Positions 17,012 to 40,631 of a DNA stretch of 64,000 bases are shown here, piece by piece. A model generated the notes under the pieces. It ran no database searches, was not told where the DNA came from, and saw only the letters and a program-made list of their open reading frames with translations. How positions within the stretch are numbered: the stretch's first letter is position 1; every line of letters begins with the position of its first letter. Both the position numbers and the translations under genes were made by a program. The stretch comes from Amoebidium appalachense. Lineage: Eukaryota; Protista; Ichthyosporea. The DNA is taken from assembly GCA_963693365.1 (NCBI GenBank), contig CAVNZM010000010.1, forward strand, positions 3,532,159 through 3,596,158, read 5' to 3'.

Positions 17012-17402
17012 CACGGTGACTGTCACGGCCACCGAGTCGTTCGAGCGAGGACTCGGTGAAAATATTTAGCACACACATACATAACACATTACATAACATA
17101 CATTACACAGGTGTACAAACGTTCACCAAGCGCTGTGATTGTGACGTACACGTAGCCTGTAAGCTTAAGCTCACCAGGTTGTAGCACAGGAAAAGCAACA
17201 TCCCCACCTTTGATGTTCACAACCATTGCCAATACTCGATTGTCGGCCACGAATCTTTATGTTAATGTAACTTGAGTGTCCACGCATCTTTTTTTTGTTG
17301 GTAGACTGTCTGGCGCATATGCACACCTGTAAATAAGTACATACATACACAAGCATCTGCATGCGGATATTACATACATTATCCAAAAACAGGACAGGAA
17401 AC

Positions 17403-19870
17403 ATGGGGATCCAGTTGGCAGTCGTCATAGCGACGGCTCTCTGTGCCTCGCACGCATGCCTGTCCGCACCAACCACAGCCGAAAACGACACCACAAACCA
17501 GACACAGGCGTACACATTTATCGGCGTGGATTTCACAAACCATCAGTCACTATTCCCCAACACCAGCCTCTACTGGAAGATCAATGACAATGATTCAGCC
17601 ATTGACATCGGCCTTGATTTTCCTGCACAAGGTTGGGTGGCATTGGGAATTTCGGAGGAGTATTCGGGCAGCATGCAAGGGTCGGATATGTATGTGGTGG
17701 AGGCTGGAGAGAATGGTTCATTTGTTCTGACGGACAGGTAAACATCCATTCCCCCTCCCCCCCTCCCCCCCCCCCCCCCCCCCCGCCCATCCATCCACCT
17801 ACCCACCTACCCCCATTATTCCCTCACTCCCCTTACCCTTTCATAAATACACCCATTGAATGAGACACACACAGTGTAAGGCAACACACACAGGCCGTGG
17901 CATTGACAGGCACACGCACACACACAGACAACACAGACACCGCCAACCCGCAAGCACACAAATGCACTGGGTCAAAAACACTGCACACAACCCGGACGGT
18001 CATGGGTTCATATCCGCAACCGTTAACAGTTGAGGTTGGCCTTTTCGTTGATTCCTCACTTTTCTCTTTCTCTTTTTTTCTTTGCTTGTATGCCTTTGCA
18101 GATCTTTTACATTAATTCCTCCCTATTTGTGTGTAGCATGTACACACTAACAATATTCGTGTGCTCTTCTGTCGACTAGGGCTGTGCAAAAGTGCTCAGG
18201 TACACACTGCGTGATTAAGTTCATGTGTGTCTATTGGGTGTACCTTTGTACGTGCCCTACTAACCGCACGTCTTTGACAGCAATGCACAGTGTGATGCAA
18301 AAATGTGGTTTTGCGGAGCAGCCTCCCCCCCTCCCACCGGGCCTCCGCCCTCTCCCCTCCACTAACATCTCATTGAACCCCCGCCACAACCACATGCAGG
18401 TACGCCCTTGCAAAGACCATGCCAGAACTGGACACCTGCTCTCACGGACAACTCCTGCACGCGGAATTTAACGGCACCCTTCGCGCAATTTTTCGTCGCG
18501 CTCTAGACACCAACGATACGGCCCAAGATCGCCCAATCGTTCCCGGTGCCATGCGCATAGTGTGGGCACACGGAAACAGCCCCACGTTTGGGTATCACGG
18601 CGACAACCGCGGCATGTCTGCGGTGACCTTCATCCCGAAAAACGTAACCGAAAACGCGGGGAATTCGTCTGCCTCAGACAACACAACGGTTAACGCGACT
18701 GATGCAACGGTTAACGCGACTGATGACAATGCCAACACAACCGTGATCTATACCAACATGACGATGGCCGACTATCCGATCGGAACGAACAGGACAACCT
18801 ATGTGTGCATTGGTTTCAACCTCTCCGACTACATCAACTCTACGCAAAAACATCACGCCATCGCTTTCAGACCCATTTTGGACTCACGTACGATGGGAAA
18901 AGGTGTTCCGAGGCTGCACCACGTCGTGTTTTCCCGGTGCTCGGGTGCCGGAAATTCATCCGTTTTCGAAAAATTCTACAAAAACCCCGGGATTTGCAGT
19001 GGTGAAACCGGTGGGATCCGTGGGTGTTCTGCCCTGGTGTTTGGATACGCGCAGGATAGCACGCCTCTTATCCTTCCGTTGAACGTCGGGTACGTGATGG
19101 GAGGGGAGGAAACGCACACGTATTATGTCATGCAGATGCACTATGACAACCCCGGCGGCTACGAAAACGTGAGCGATTCCTCGGGTCTGCAAATGGAAAT
19201 TACGACAAATTTACGGGAAAACGATGCGTCCAGCATGTGGCTCGGGGCGGTCTCGATGACCAACCGCACGTCTATCCCCGCAAACTCCGTAGATTACGAA
19301 TACGAATTTGATTGTCCCGAAGTTTGCACGCAGAAATGGAAACAGCCAATCACCGTCATCGCTTCGTTCCCCCACATGCACCAACTTGGGACCAAAATAT
19401 GGGCCACGCACTGGGCTGCAAATGGAACCTTTTTGGGCGAAATCGCGCGGGTCGATTACTTCGATTTCGATTCCCAGCGAAGCCTACGCCTAAACAAAGA
19501 GGTCGTGATCAACCCTGGCGACCGTATCAACACGCACTGCGTATACACCAACCCGACCAATGAAACCGTTTCGTTCGGCGAGGCGTCCAATCAGGAGATG
19601 TGCCTCTTCTCCCTCCTACATTATCCCTCCACCGATTGGCTCGCGTGCGCGTACGCTAGCGCAAACCCGCCGCACGTCCCCGAACCAATGAACATCACGT
19701 TCTGCGGCCAACCTGCGGGCAGTATAATGGGACTTTTGCAATCTGTTCGTTTGGATTTGAGAAATCCTTCGAAACATGACCCCCCACTTAACCGCACGGG
19801 GTACTTTGGAGAGACGAAGGCGGAGGACGCGTGCTCTCTGCATTCCAAGAAGGACGGCAGTGCGTCGTAA
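17403..19870 (+). CDS. DOMON-domain copper type II ascorbate-dependent monooxygenase (DBH/MOXD1-like); exons 17403-17737, 18400-19870
   Basis: Signal peptide. DOMON motifs GWVALGIS…GSMQGSDM…DRY…FRRALDTND…IVWAHG. Copper ligands LHHVV, MQMHYDNP, FPHMH and EMC. Phase-2 GT-AG intron with branch point ACTAAC at 18361. Confidence 0.93.
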
Positions 19871-20861
19871 TTGGCTGCGAGTAATTGGTTAAACTGAGTT
19901 TTGTAATGTGTAATTAGTCGGTAAAGGCGATTTAGTATTGATTAGTAGGCTTGGTGTTATCATCGCACCAATGTAATAGTCAAGTATGTGACAATGTCAG
20001 CGCCCTTTTATTTTATTTTTCAGTATGCTTAGGTGTAGTAAGTGTTTGTGTGTGTGTGTGTTTCTGGGAGGGCCAGGGGAGGAGGGGGAGATTGAGAGAG
20101 GGAGGGGGGAGGTACTTCAACCCACCCGCAGCCTCCAGAGGTGTACATGTTCACCCAAGCCCACCTTAAACACCTAATACTATCTTCACGACTCGTGATT
20201 ACCACACCACCTATCGACATTGAAAAGAGAAAAAAAAACTAAATGTGGTTCAACTCGTACACATACATAGGTACACCGTTGCATATAATACATGCGAGAT
20301 TGGTATATTTTCGAGTTTAAGCTCCTTGTGCGTGACATATTCATACATAATGACCATAGTGGAAACGGCACCCTTCCCCCCTTCCCTCCCCTGATAGCAA
20401 ACCTGCTCTGTACAGTAGGTGTATGTTAACTGAAAAAACTTAGTTTACGTGCCGTGTAGTTCTGTTTGACCTTCTGGAATTGATACCAATATTATTAGGG
20501 GATAAATATAGCAGTTTCATTGGCCGATACTAATTATTAGTACGTATGTAAGTAGCATGCAAATTCATCAAGTTTTTCCTTCTTAAAGCTTTGGTTTAGA
20601 GACTAACACTAGTAAGTATGTGTTAAGCGGGTTTTTCTTTAGTTGATATAGAAGTCCGGCGTATATACATTTATGTAAAGCTTAGAAAGTCGTCCGTTGT
20701 GGTGATGCTTGCAAACAATAAACACAACATGCAACCATATGCCCCCGAGCTCCAGCGTAGATGAGGTGACATGATCATATGCCCCACATGCATCGATATA
20801 GAATATATTGCTATAGCTATGTATAGTTTCTAGATCTAGATCTACAGAGAGAGGGGAAAAA

Positions 20862-20897
<36 letters not shown>

Positions 20898-21116
20898 GGG
20901 GGTGATCGGAGGGCTCCTGGGGCCTAGAGTGAAAGAGCCACGAGGCATGTCGATGGCCGGCGCACATGGTGTACACTGTGATTTACTCTTTGATATGGGC
21001 CGAGGGGGGGGAGGGGGGGGAATGCATATCGTAGGTGGTGGTCCATATGCATGGCGGTGGTGGTCGTGTGCACTTATGTGTGTTTGGGGGGGGAGGAGGG
21101 GGTGTGTGTTTCGGGG

Positions 21117-21152
<36 letters not shown>

Positions 21153-21335
21153 AGGTTGATTGGGGGGAGGGGTGTGTGTGTGTACGTGTGTGTGTGTGTG
21201 TGCGTTTTGGGGGGAAGGGGGGACGAGGGTGTGTTTGTGTGTTTGGGGGGAGGGGGAGGAAGGGAGGGTGTGTGTGTGTATGTGGTGGGGGAGGGGGGAA
21301 GAGGGGGCGGGGAGAGGGTGTGTATGTGTGTGTGT

Positions 21336-21409
<74 letters not shown>

Positions 21410-22199
21410 GTGTGCGCGCGTGCATGTGTGAGCATGTGTACGCGCGCACCTGTGTGTACGCGCGTGTGTGTATGCTAGGGGGAGCATTCAAGAGGAGGTG
21501 TTTTCAGCCACTATGATTCCGAACGTCAGCTCGGCATGACACCAAGACCCATACATCAGTAATCCCTTGCAGTCATCATTAAAACTTATGTTTTTTATTT
21601 CATTGGGTTGCACGCACCTCATACATTCACACTCTTGCACCACCAACATGGAAAGGTAATGTTCATTCGATTACGGTGTCGGCTAGGATTCGAATCCATA
21701 ATTATAACCATTTCTCAATCAAAAGGCTATTTTACCCCCCCCCCCCCCCCCCCTCCCCTCCCCGGGGCCACGGATAACCCATATTAAACCCCTCCCCATC
21801 CCCCCCCCCCCCCCCCCCCCCCCCCAAGAGTCCAAAGCGCAAAAAAAAAGAAAAAGAAAAAAAAAAGAAAGAAAAAAAAAAAAAGGCCCCGTGTGTGGAC
21901 CCTTCATTCATGCATACTTTACTCTATGGTGGTATCTTCTTATATCTTTGGCCTCCATAAAGCCACCTTAAAGACCATGTGCTTCATATTCACTATCCTG
22001 ATCACCAAATTTCCGTAAAAATCTATCCGGAATTACTCAAATATCCGAGATTGGCTTGCTCTCTGTAACCAAGGATTTGGGGAATGCCTAATTGACCAGA
22101 CCCAATAACGTTTAAACTACATAGTTTTAAATTTAAGCTGCATAGTTTTAAACCATTAATACAGTATACTGCAACCAACAATTCTTTTCGTTATAATTT

Positions 22200-31943
<9,744 letters not shown>

Positions 31944-32559
31944 TCTCTCGTGTTTATCTGTGTCGGTTTCTGGTTTAATTTTCTTGGTTTTCAGTTTATA
32001 GAACAGGATGTTGGGAGGGCAGTAGGTTTGTGAACTCCGTTTCGGTTGTGGGTGAAGAAGACGGTGATCAACCCAAAGGAATGAAGTAGATTACACGAGG
32101 TGTGTCAAAACATGACAGAAGATTATGAGCTTAGTAATCAGAAAATGGAATCGCCCTGGACTATACTTAATAAATGTCAAAGGGTATATACTCATATTTG
32201 GACGCATCATTACTACGCCCACCCACCCACACACGTCACACACACATGACACACACACACGGCCGTTACATTGTACAGTTCGGTCACTGCAAAAAGGTAG
32301 TCAAAAAGGAGTCCATATTAGAAACTTTAAGCCAATGGTAACCCCTACAACAAGAACATATATGGCTATTGGTTTGGTGATTCACCGGGTTACGTTGTTT
32401 ACACGGCCATCTAGAAACACCAGATGGCCGTGGTTGTTTACCTTCCTTATTTTGATACAAACTGTTTGTTTCCCTGAGACACAAGAAACTTAAGGCCCCT
32501 TAAAGCCGTTTGACTTGGGACACAAACACGCGTACACACGCACGCACACAACCGCAAAC
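31944..32559. promoter_or_regulatory. Probable bidirectional promoter/5'UTR region between STX18 and PGAM5
   Basis: Head-to-head start codons about 0.6 kb apart; the interval is almost free of the homopolymer tracts that fill the introns. Confidence 0.5.
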
Positions 32560-33605
32560 ATGTGGTCACGTTTGCGCTCACACAGGCGTGCGGGTCTTCT
32601 TGGCTGTTCCGCCCTTACTCTTTCCCTCGGCGCTGTAACTGCCGCGTACCTCACCACAACTAAGGATGAAAAGAATCATTCCTTGCCCATCCTTTCATCT
32701 CTCTCCTCCCTCCTCTTCCCCTCCGTCGTTCACGCGGACGCCCGCCTTGCAAACGACCTGCCTACGAAACTTGAAGGCACGGATTACATGCACATGGAGC
32801 CAAGGACGTATACATCTGCTTGGGATGACAACTGGGACCATCGCAAGCACCAGAAGCCCAAAACCCCCCCACCAGCCCCTTCGAGTGGAGACCAGAGCAA
32901 TCCCGAATCTTCCACACCAGCGAAGAAGAAGAGAGTTGCCAGGCACATCTACCTGATAAGGCACGGTCAGTATGTGAATGGGCCGGATGACAAGGTGAGG
33001 ATTCTGAGCGAGTTGGGGAGGGAGCAGGCGGCCACGACGGGGAAGAGACTGGCTGCTACGCCTATCAAGTTCGACAGACTGGTGATGAGGTATGATGTTT
33101 TTATCAACCCTCCCCCCCCCCTTTTTTTCCTTGCTTTGTAACCGTCCATATGGTTGTTTCGTTTTCTCCTTCCGCCGTGGCTGTTTTTATCCGCACTGTG
33201 TTCTTTTGGTTCTCTCTCCCTGTCTCCCTATCCCATCCCTGACCTCTTCCTCTCGCTCTCTCTCTCTCCCCTCCCTCCCTCTCTTTCTTCTCCCCCCCCC
33301 CCCCCTCCCCCCGCCCTCTCTCCCTCCCCTCCCCCCTCTCTGTCCCACTCTCCCTCCCCCCTCCCTCCCTTTCCCCCCCTCTCCCTCCCTGTCAACCTCC
33401 CTACATGGCCCCCTCCCGAACCAAATCAACCTCTCTTTGCTTACACGAACTCTAACCATCTGCCCTCCCCCTCACCACCTCCCCCCCCCCCCCCCCCCCC
33501 CCGCCCCCCCCGAACCCCCTCGTGGTTCCACATCTCTCTCCCCTCACCGTCTCCTTTGATGGTCCCTTTCATAAACTTTGTTTATTACCTCTAACACACA
33601 CAGAC

Positions 33606-33678
<73 letters not shown>

Positions 33679-35093
33679 ACTTCGCCTTTCCCCTCACTGG
33701 CCCCGTGTCTGATTCTCCCATTTCACCCTGCTGGCCTCAGTTCCTCCCCTCCCCCCCCCCTCTCCAAAGGCGCCCCCGCCCTCCCGCCGCCGCTGTCACC
33801 ACCACCACCATCGCTTCTCTGCTTTTTTATTTTTCCCTGCTTGTACAACCTTGACATCTTTGGCCATGCATTTTCCTCTCTTAAGCCCCCTCTCCCTCCC
33901 GGGGGCCTCCTCTCTCCATGCACACACACTCGAACACTTTCGTTCATACTCACCACCTCCCCTCCTCCCCTCCCCCACTCGTCCCCCACCTCCGCTTTCA
34001 TCTCCCCTCCCCCGCAGCCCCAACCACCCCAGCCACCACAAGCGCACACATGCTACAACCAAAGAAAAAAGAAACACTCAAACATACACACAACCCCCCC
34101 TCCCCTCTGCCCCAAACTCCCTCTCCCCTTCCCCACCCCCCCCCCCCCCCCCCCCCCTTCCCCGGGGCCCCTCAAACACACACACACATACACACACAAC
34201 CCTCCCATTCTTACCCTCCCCCCCCCATCCCCTAACCCTCCATACCCACCCCTCCGCCCCTTCCCACCGCCCCCTCACAAACTAAACAACAGCAGCAGCA
34301 CCAACAACAACAATAATAATAGTATTAGTTTCAGTAATAATAAAACTAACCCCCCCCCCCCCCCCCCCCCCTACTCATGTTCAAGTGAAACAGTATCTGA
34401 GTTGGGTTTCGTTAACGAGGGGAATAGGTCGAAACTCGGGTACTGTGGATGACGTGGGCCCCCCCTGAGGATGGGCTCTGCTTATTATGCATACTCTTAT
34501 GTATGGCTTGCATTCTGCATCGTGTTATCCGTTTGTTCTTGTGTACTTCGTACTTTTTGACGCATTCAAACCCCCCCCCCCCCCCCCCCCCCTCTCTCTC
34601 TTGCTCTCTCTCTCTCTCCCTCCCCCCCCCCCCCCCAAAAAAAAAAAAAAAAAAAAAAAACAGCACCATGACCCGTGCCACCGAGACTGCCACGCTCATC
34701 CACGAACACATCCCTAGCGTCAAGACCGAAAGTTGCGATCTGCTCAGGGAGGGAGCCCCGATGGTACCGATCCCCCCGACGCTCTCCGGGTGGCGTCCGG
34801 ATGAATCGGATTTCTTCATCGATGGCGCGAGAATCGAAACCGCTTTTAGGACATACTTCTACCGGCCCGACCCGGAACAGACCGAAAGCACGCACGAAAT
34901 CATCGTTTGCCACGGGAACGTTATTCGTTATTTTGTCTGTCGCGCCCTGCAGATACCGCCCGAATGTTGGCTCCGCATGAGTCTCGCCCACTGCAGTATT
35001 ACGAGAATCGACTGTTATAACAACGGGAGGGTTGTTGTGAGGTCGGTAGGGGACATGGGGCATTTGTCGCACGAACAGCAGACTTTCGTGTGA
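32560..35093 (+). CDS. PGAM5: Mitochondrial Ser/Thr/His protein phosphatase PGAM5; exons 32560-33089, 34664-35093
   Basis: N-terminal TM, WDDNWD activation motif, RHIYLIRHGQY, STMTRATETA, LLREGAP, DGARIETAFR, IVCHGNVIRYFVCRALQIPPECWLR and GDMGHL. Phase-2 GT-AG intron. Confidence 0.95.
34371..34569 (+). mobile_element. Intronic repeat family A copy in the PGAM5 intron
   Basis: Reverse complement of the 11368/26059 copies, so it is co-oriented with the + strand host gene; poly-C on both sides. Confidence 0.85.
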
Positions 35094-36015
35094 TGGCGCG
35101 GGCAGTCGGAGAGGGAGGAACGGAGGGAGGAGGGAGGAGGGAGAGGAAGGAACAGAGAGAGAGGGAGGCGGGTGGAGAGGTAGGGGGGGAGCTTGGAGGG
35201 GGTGGTGGTGGTGGTGGCGGAGGGGAAGGGTGGGGAGGTGTGAAGATGGATGGAGTTGGGGTTGGGGGGGAGGGGGGGGGGGGTGGGGTGTGTTTTATTG
35301 GTGGAGAGGGCGAGAGGGACGAGGGGTTGTGTAGGTTGGAGAGGGGGGATAAAGGGGTGGGGAGAGGTGGAAGGGGGTGTATGGCCCCATGCGACTGTGA
35401 TCCCTTTCTCTCCCCTCCCTTACCTTTCCGCCCCCCCCCCCCCCCCCCCCCCCCCCTCCCCCCCTCCCCTTCCCCTGCGCACCCACACACCTACCCCTCA
35501 CGTGCACCTACCCATGGCCACCCCCTGCCCTGGCTTTTTCTTCTCCCTCCCATCCCAGACCTTTTAGACCAGTATCTATTCTATCTTTTTTTCTCCCCTC
35601 TTGAATCGTTACTCTCTGAATTTCTCCGTTTTTCTTGATCCGACTGCCAACCAAGGGGAGGGCCAACCCCAAGAAAATGTGCCTTTTTGATTGGTTCGGT
35701 GTCACGCTGTGGTGAACCCACAGGTACATGGTTCACATAGAGGCAGTATATGTTGCCTAATGTGGTTATTTTGTTTGTTGGTTGGTTGCTTAGTTTGCAA
35801 TTTGTTTTTCGAACACGTGTTTGCAATTGTAGAGCCCCGGTGTGGTTTGAATAAATTGAAAGGCTTAGAAGGGTGCTCTATGCTGCAAGCGATCACGATG
35901 TGACATCAGATGGAATGTGAGGGTGTGCGTGGGGAATACGATGGAATAAGAAATAAGACATGTTTACCATCCGAAACATCCGAAGGCGTGCAACTTGAGT
36001 CAAGTACTTGAGTGC

Positions 36016-36052
<37 letters not shown>

Positions 36053-36699
36053 CCCCCCCCCCCCCCCCCCCCCCCGTCACTCCAGTCACACATACCCTAC
36101 TTCAAAAATACACGCATTCAGCAACACACCTCCCCACCAACACCACCTTTGCTCACGCTCATGATCGCTCACTTATAACCTCTAGCTTACACACGTACAC
36201 ATATGTAGTCACAACAACCTGAGCATATAAAAAGGAAGATGCCCAAATACCCACTCTTTCTATACAAACCCTACCTGTGTACACATGTTTGCAACACGGC
36301 CTCGATCCTCTCGTTGGTATTTATTCAATAAGACAGAATTGTGTGTGTGGTGCTCGGTGTCTCGGCGCGTACGTATACGTGTCAGCTGTGCGTGAGTGTG
36401 TCTGCACGTGATTGTGATTGTCTGTGTAAATACATGTACATGTGTGTTGGTACCGCGCACTTGTGTGTAGCTGCCTGTGTGTGCTACGGTACATGTACGT
36501 GCGGTGTGTGCATGTTGGTTCCTGCAGCCCCTGCTTGTGTGCATGCCTCTATGGTTGTGTATGCATGCACATATCACGTGTGTACGCCTGTGCAAGTGTG
36601 TTACTGCCTTAGTATGTGTATAACCTCAAACACACAAGTGCACCTCCCCCCCTCCCCCCCCCTCCCCCCCTCCCCCCCCCCCCCCCCCAAACACACCCA

Positions 36700-36733
36700 C
36701 ACATCCACACACACACCTACACACACACGTGTA

Positions 36734-36778
<45 letters not shown>

Positions 36779-36933
36779 GACAGACACACACACACACGTG
36801 TATACACACACACACACACACACGCACACACACACTCACACATAGACAGACAGACAGACACACACACACACACACACACGTGTATACACACACACATACA
36901 CACGCACTCACACACAGACAGACAGACACACAC

Positions 36934-36972
<39 letters not shown>

Positions 36973-37124
36973 TATACACACACACACACATACACACACG
37001 CACACACACATACACACGCACACACACACACACACACAGACAGACAGACACACACACACACACACACATACACACGCACACACACACACACACACACACA
37101 CTATTACAGACAGACAGACAGACA

Positions 37125-37167
<43 letters not shown>

Positions 37168-37250
37168 GCGTGTATACACACACACACACGCGCGTGTATA
37201 CACACACACACACATACACATGCACACACACACTCACACACAGACAGACA

Positions 37251-37286
<36 letters not shown>

Positions 37287-37372
37287 GACAGACACACACA
37301 CACACACACACACCCAGACAGACAGACACACACACACACAAACACGTGTATACACACACACACACACACACC
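36700..37372. repeat. Compound (CA)n microsatellite with interspersed CAGA runs and CGTGTATA motifs
   Basis: Recurrent blocks (CA)n-(CAGA)2-5-(CA)n-CGTGTATA form an irregular higher-order repeat. Confidence 0.85.
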
Positions 37373-37917
37373 TCATCCGGCTGATTTCTGCATCATGACT
37401 GGGCAGAACATGTACATTTCTGGTGTCACATTCCATTACATACACGAGTCTCGAGTCTCAGACTCGGCTACTTATTTTAGTCTCTGTCTATTTACTTATA
37501 AGATATCTAGATTTTGATATGATACATATCAAGCAACCCACCTAATCAAACTACGGTACATCATGTCATTGGTGGGTAATTCCTTGCATTACATGCCAAA
37601 TTTTAAACGATGGCAGCAAGTGCTGTACTACTATTAGTTCATGATGGCAGCAAGTGCTGTACTACTATTAGTATTAGGAAAATTTGTATAATTTGTATAA
37701 TTTACATACTCCTTCGAGCATTTATGCGCATTCGTGGGTTGACTTAACCACTCCTCCCCACCCTCACCCTTCTCCCTTGCCCCCTTCCCCCCCCCCCCCC
37801 CCCTCCCCCCCCCCCCCCCCCCCCCTCCCCCCGTCCCTTTCAACAACAGTAACCAGTCAAACACACGCACACAAGCGCATGAGCGCGCGGGAACACCCGT
37901 GCGTACCCACACATCCC

Positions 37918-37948
<31 letters not shown>

Positions 37949-38001
37949 AAAAAAAAAAAAAAACACACCCACCCGCTCCCACACGTCCCCTTCCCCCCCC
38001 C

Positions 38002-38032
<31 letters not shown>

Positions 38033-38096
38033 ACAAACACACCCGCCTACACACGCACCCCTCCCCACACCCATTCTCTCTCGCTCTCTCTCTTTC

Positions 38097-38131
<35 letters not shown>

Positions 38132-38209
38132 TTTCCCCTCCGACCCACCCACCCCTCCCTGGCCCTGCCTCACACCCACCCATGCACACACCCTTCAACC
38201 TCTGTCCTC

Positions 38210-38261
<52 letters not shown>

Positions 38262-38269
38262 TCTCCAAA

Positions 38270-38470
38270 CTACGGCACTACCACATAGCCCATAGCCCTG
38301 CACACCTCCACATAGTCTGCGCAGGTAACCCACGCGCTAGAATTCCACGCCCTGGGTGTGTAGACTGGCCCATATCCCAGCGTGCTTGCCTGGCTGCACA
38401 GACTACAGAAGTTCTTTCCAGAATCGTCCGCCCACTGCCACTCGGTGCCGTTCGCAACACGGCTGAAGTG

Positions 38471-38521
<51 letters not shown>

Positions 38522-38550
38522 GGGGGGGGGGAGATGGTTTGGGGGGGAAA

Positions 38551-38583
<33 letters not shown>

Positions 38584-38849
38584 GTGTGTGTGAGTGTGGG
38601 TGAGGTGGGTGTATGGGTGGGTGCGGTGCGTTGGTTGGGTTCGGGTGTGTGTCGGTGAGTGGGGGGGCGGGCAGGTTGGGTGGGTGGTTGTGTGTGTGTG
38701 TGAGTGTGTGTGTGTGTGCACGTGTTTGTGTGTGTCTGTGTGCATGTGTGTGTGTGCGTGTGCGTGTGCGTGTGCGTGGGTGCGTTCGTGTGTGTGTGTA
38801 TTTGTGTTTGTGTGTGTGGGTGTGTGTGGGTGTGTGCGCGCGCGCGCAT

Positions 38850-38904
<55 letters not shown>

Positions 38905-39407
38905 TGCGTGCGTGTGTGTGCGTGTGTGTGAGCGTGTATGGGTGGGTAGGCATGCTTGTTCTTTTTATTTAAGGGTAAGGGGGGGGGAGGGGGGGGGGGG
39001 GGGGGGGGGGGCTCTGTCTAGTAAGAGCGCAGGAAGGAAAGGCAGCTCCAAAGGGCGGCGAATGGCAAAACGGAGGTACTGAATGGAAGGAAACAGGGCT
39101 GTAACGACTGCAACGGAGGGAGGGAGAGCAGGGGGGGGGGGGGGGGATGGGGAGGAAGCGTGTGTCTTCGGCACCTATCTGTGTATGGAGAAGGAGGAGG
39201 GAGGGGGGGAGGGGGGGGGGGGGGCAGGGAGGGGGGGGGGGGGGGAGGGGGGGGGGGGCATGAACATGCTAGTGCCTGTGTGTTTGTGTGAAAGGATGTG
39301 TGTGTGTGGGTGCGCGCATGCCTGTGAACACAACACAAACCTACTCAACCTAAGTTAAAGCGCATTCCCAGTCTTGTGTGTGTCTCGTGTGTATGTCAGG
39401 AGGTGAA

Positions 39408-39438
<31 letters not shown>

Positions 39439-40554
39439 TGTATGCGATAGAGGGTTCGAAATATCGAGGGGACACGGGGGGAAGCAGTAAAAACTAAATA
39501 CTGTAGTGAAATGCCAATCTCAAGAAGTGCAGTGAGGGTGGATGGGCTCAAACATATTTACGGAGTTTGGACCAAAGGGGGGGGGGGGGGGGGGGGGGGG
39601 GGGGGTCTGCATACATACCTGCAAAATTCCTGATCGGATAAGCCAACGATCAGAGAGTCATTCCTAAATCTCTGAGGTGTGACCGTGTAATCGTGGATGA
39701 AAACCGGTTTTCCGTGTTCCACAAACCGGTTAAAATAAGCCAGGGCGTTGTAAGACCCCTCCGCTACGGCGAAATCATACCAGGGTTCGAGCTCTTCGGA
39801 AAGGAAAAACGTGTTTTTCAGCCCGATGGATAGGTTCTGCTTGTGTGCGTAGTCCGCAAGCCATGTGAGATATGCCAAATTTGCGGTGCGAAATTCGTGT
39901 GTGGTGGGGTCCGAAACGTTGTATGGGACTATCCCTGAAGCGCACGCCTGGGAGAAGCTGCCACCGCACGTGGCATTCCGAACCCTGGGGGAGGGGGGGG
40001 GGGGGTTCGGTTTAGCATCTATAGCGACAGGAGGTCTATGTTTGTATCTCACGGCGCAAAACGACGTCAATATGACGTTGCTTCTACGTTGTATCGATTG
40101 CATGATTGTTTGGCTTTGGCTATGTATGGCTCAATCTTCCTCTTTAGGAATATTGTCATTGCCGTATAAAGGAATCGTGAATAAATTTCGACATATTCGT
40201 TCAACGATTGCTGCGCTATGGTATGTATTGCTCGCCTTTTTTTTTTTTTGGACGAACAACCAACAGGGTTAAGTAAACTAAGAAGTAGAACTCTGCCGGG
40301 TCCGGCTGCAGCCTTTGGCCCACCAATGTACAGGTGGCGTTGTTCCTCCAGACATTAGACAGCAAATCCGCCATGCAGAGTGTTCGGAGTCCATGCCGAT
40401 CTGGTTTTGAGTTCATATGGAAACCCCTCATATGACCGGTCTAATCTTAAGGTGGGGAAAGGGAGGAGGTTGAAAGGGGACAGGGGCCACCGAGAGGCTT
40501 TGCTCCCCCCCTCCCCCCCACCCCAACCACCCCCCTCCCCCCCCCCCCCCCTCT

Positions 40555-40631
<77 letters not shown>

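Noticed and set aside
34430-34480. Canonical hammerhead ribozyme in family A (GAAACTCGGGTA … CTGAGGA)
   Set aside because: Both core-like words exist, but stems I and II do not pair in any type I, II or III arrangement I could build. Kept only as a non-canonical candidate.
34446-34490. SECIS-like hairpin (ATGAC…)
   Set aside because: No 3' GA to complete the non-Watson-Crick quartet, and no UGA-containing selenoprotein ORF nearby.
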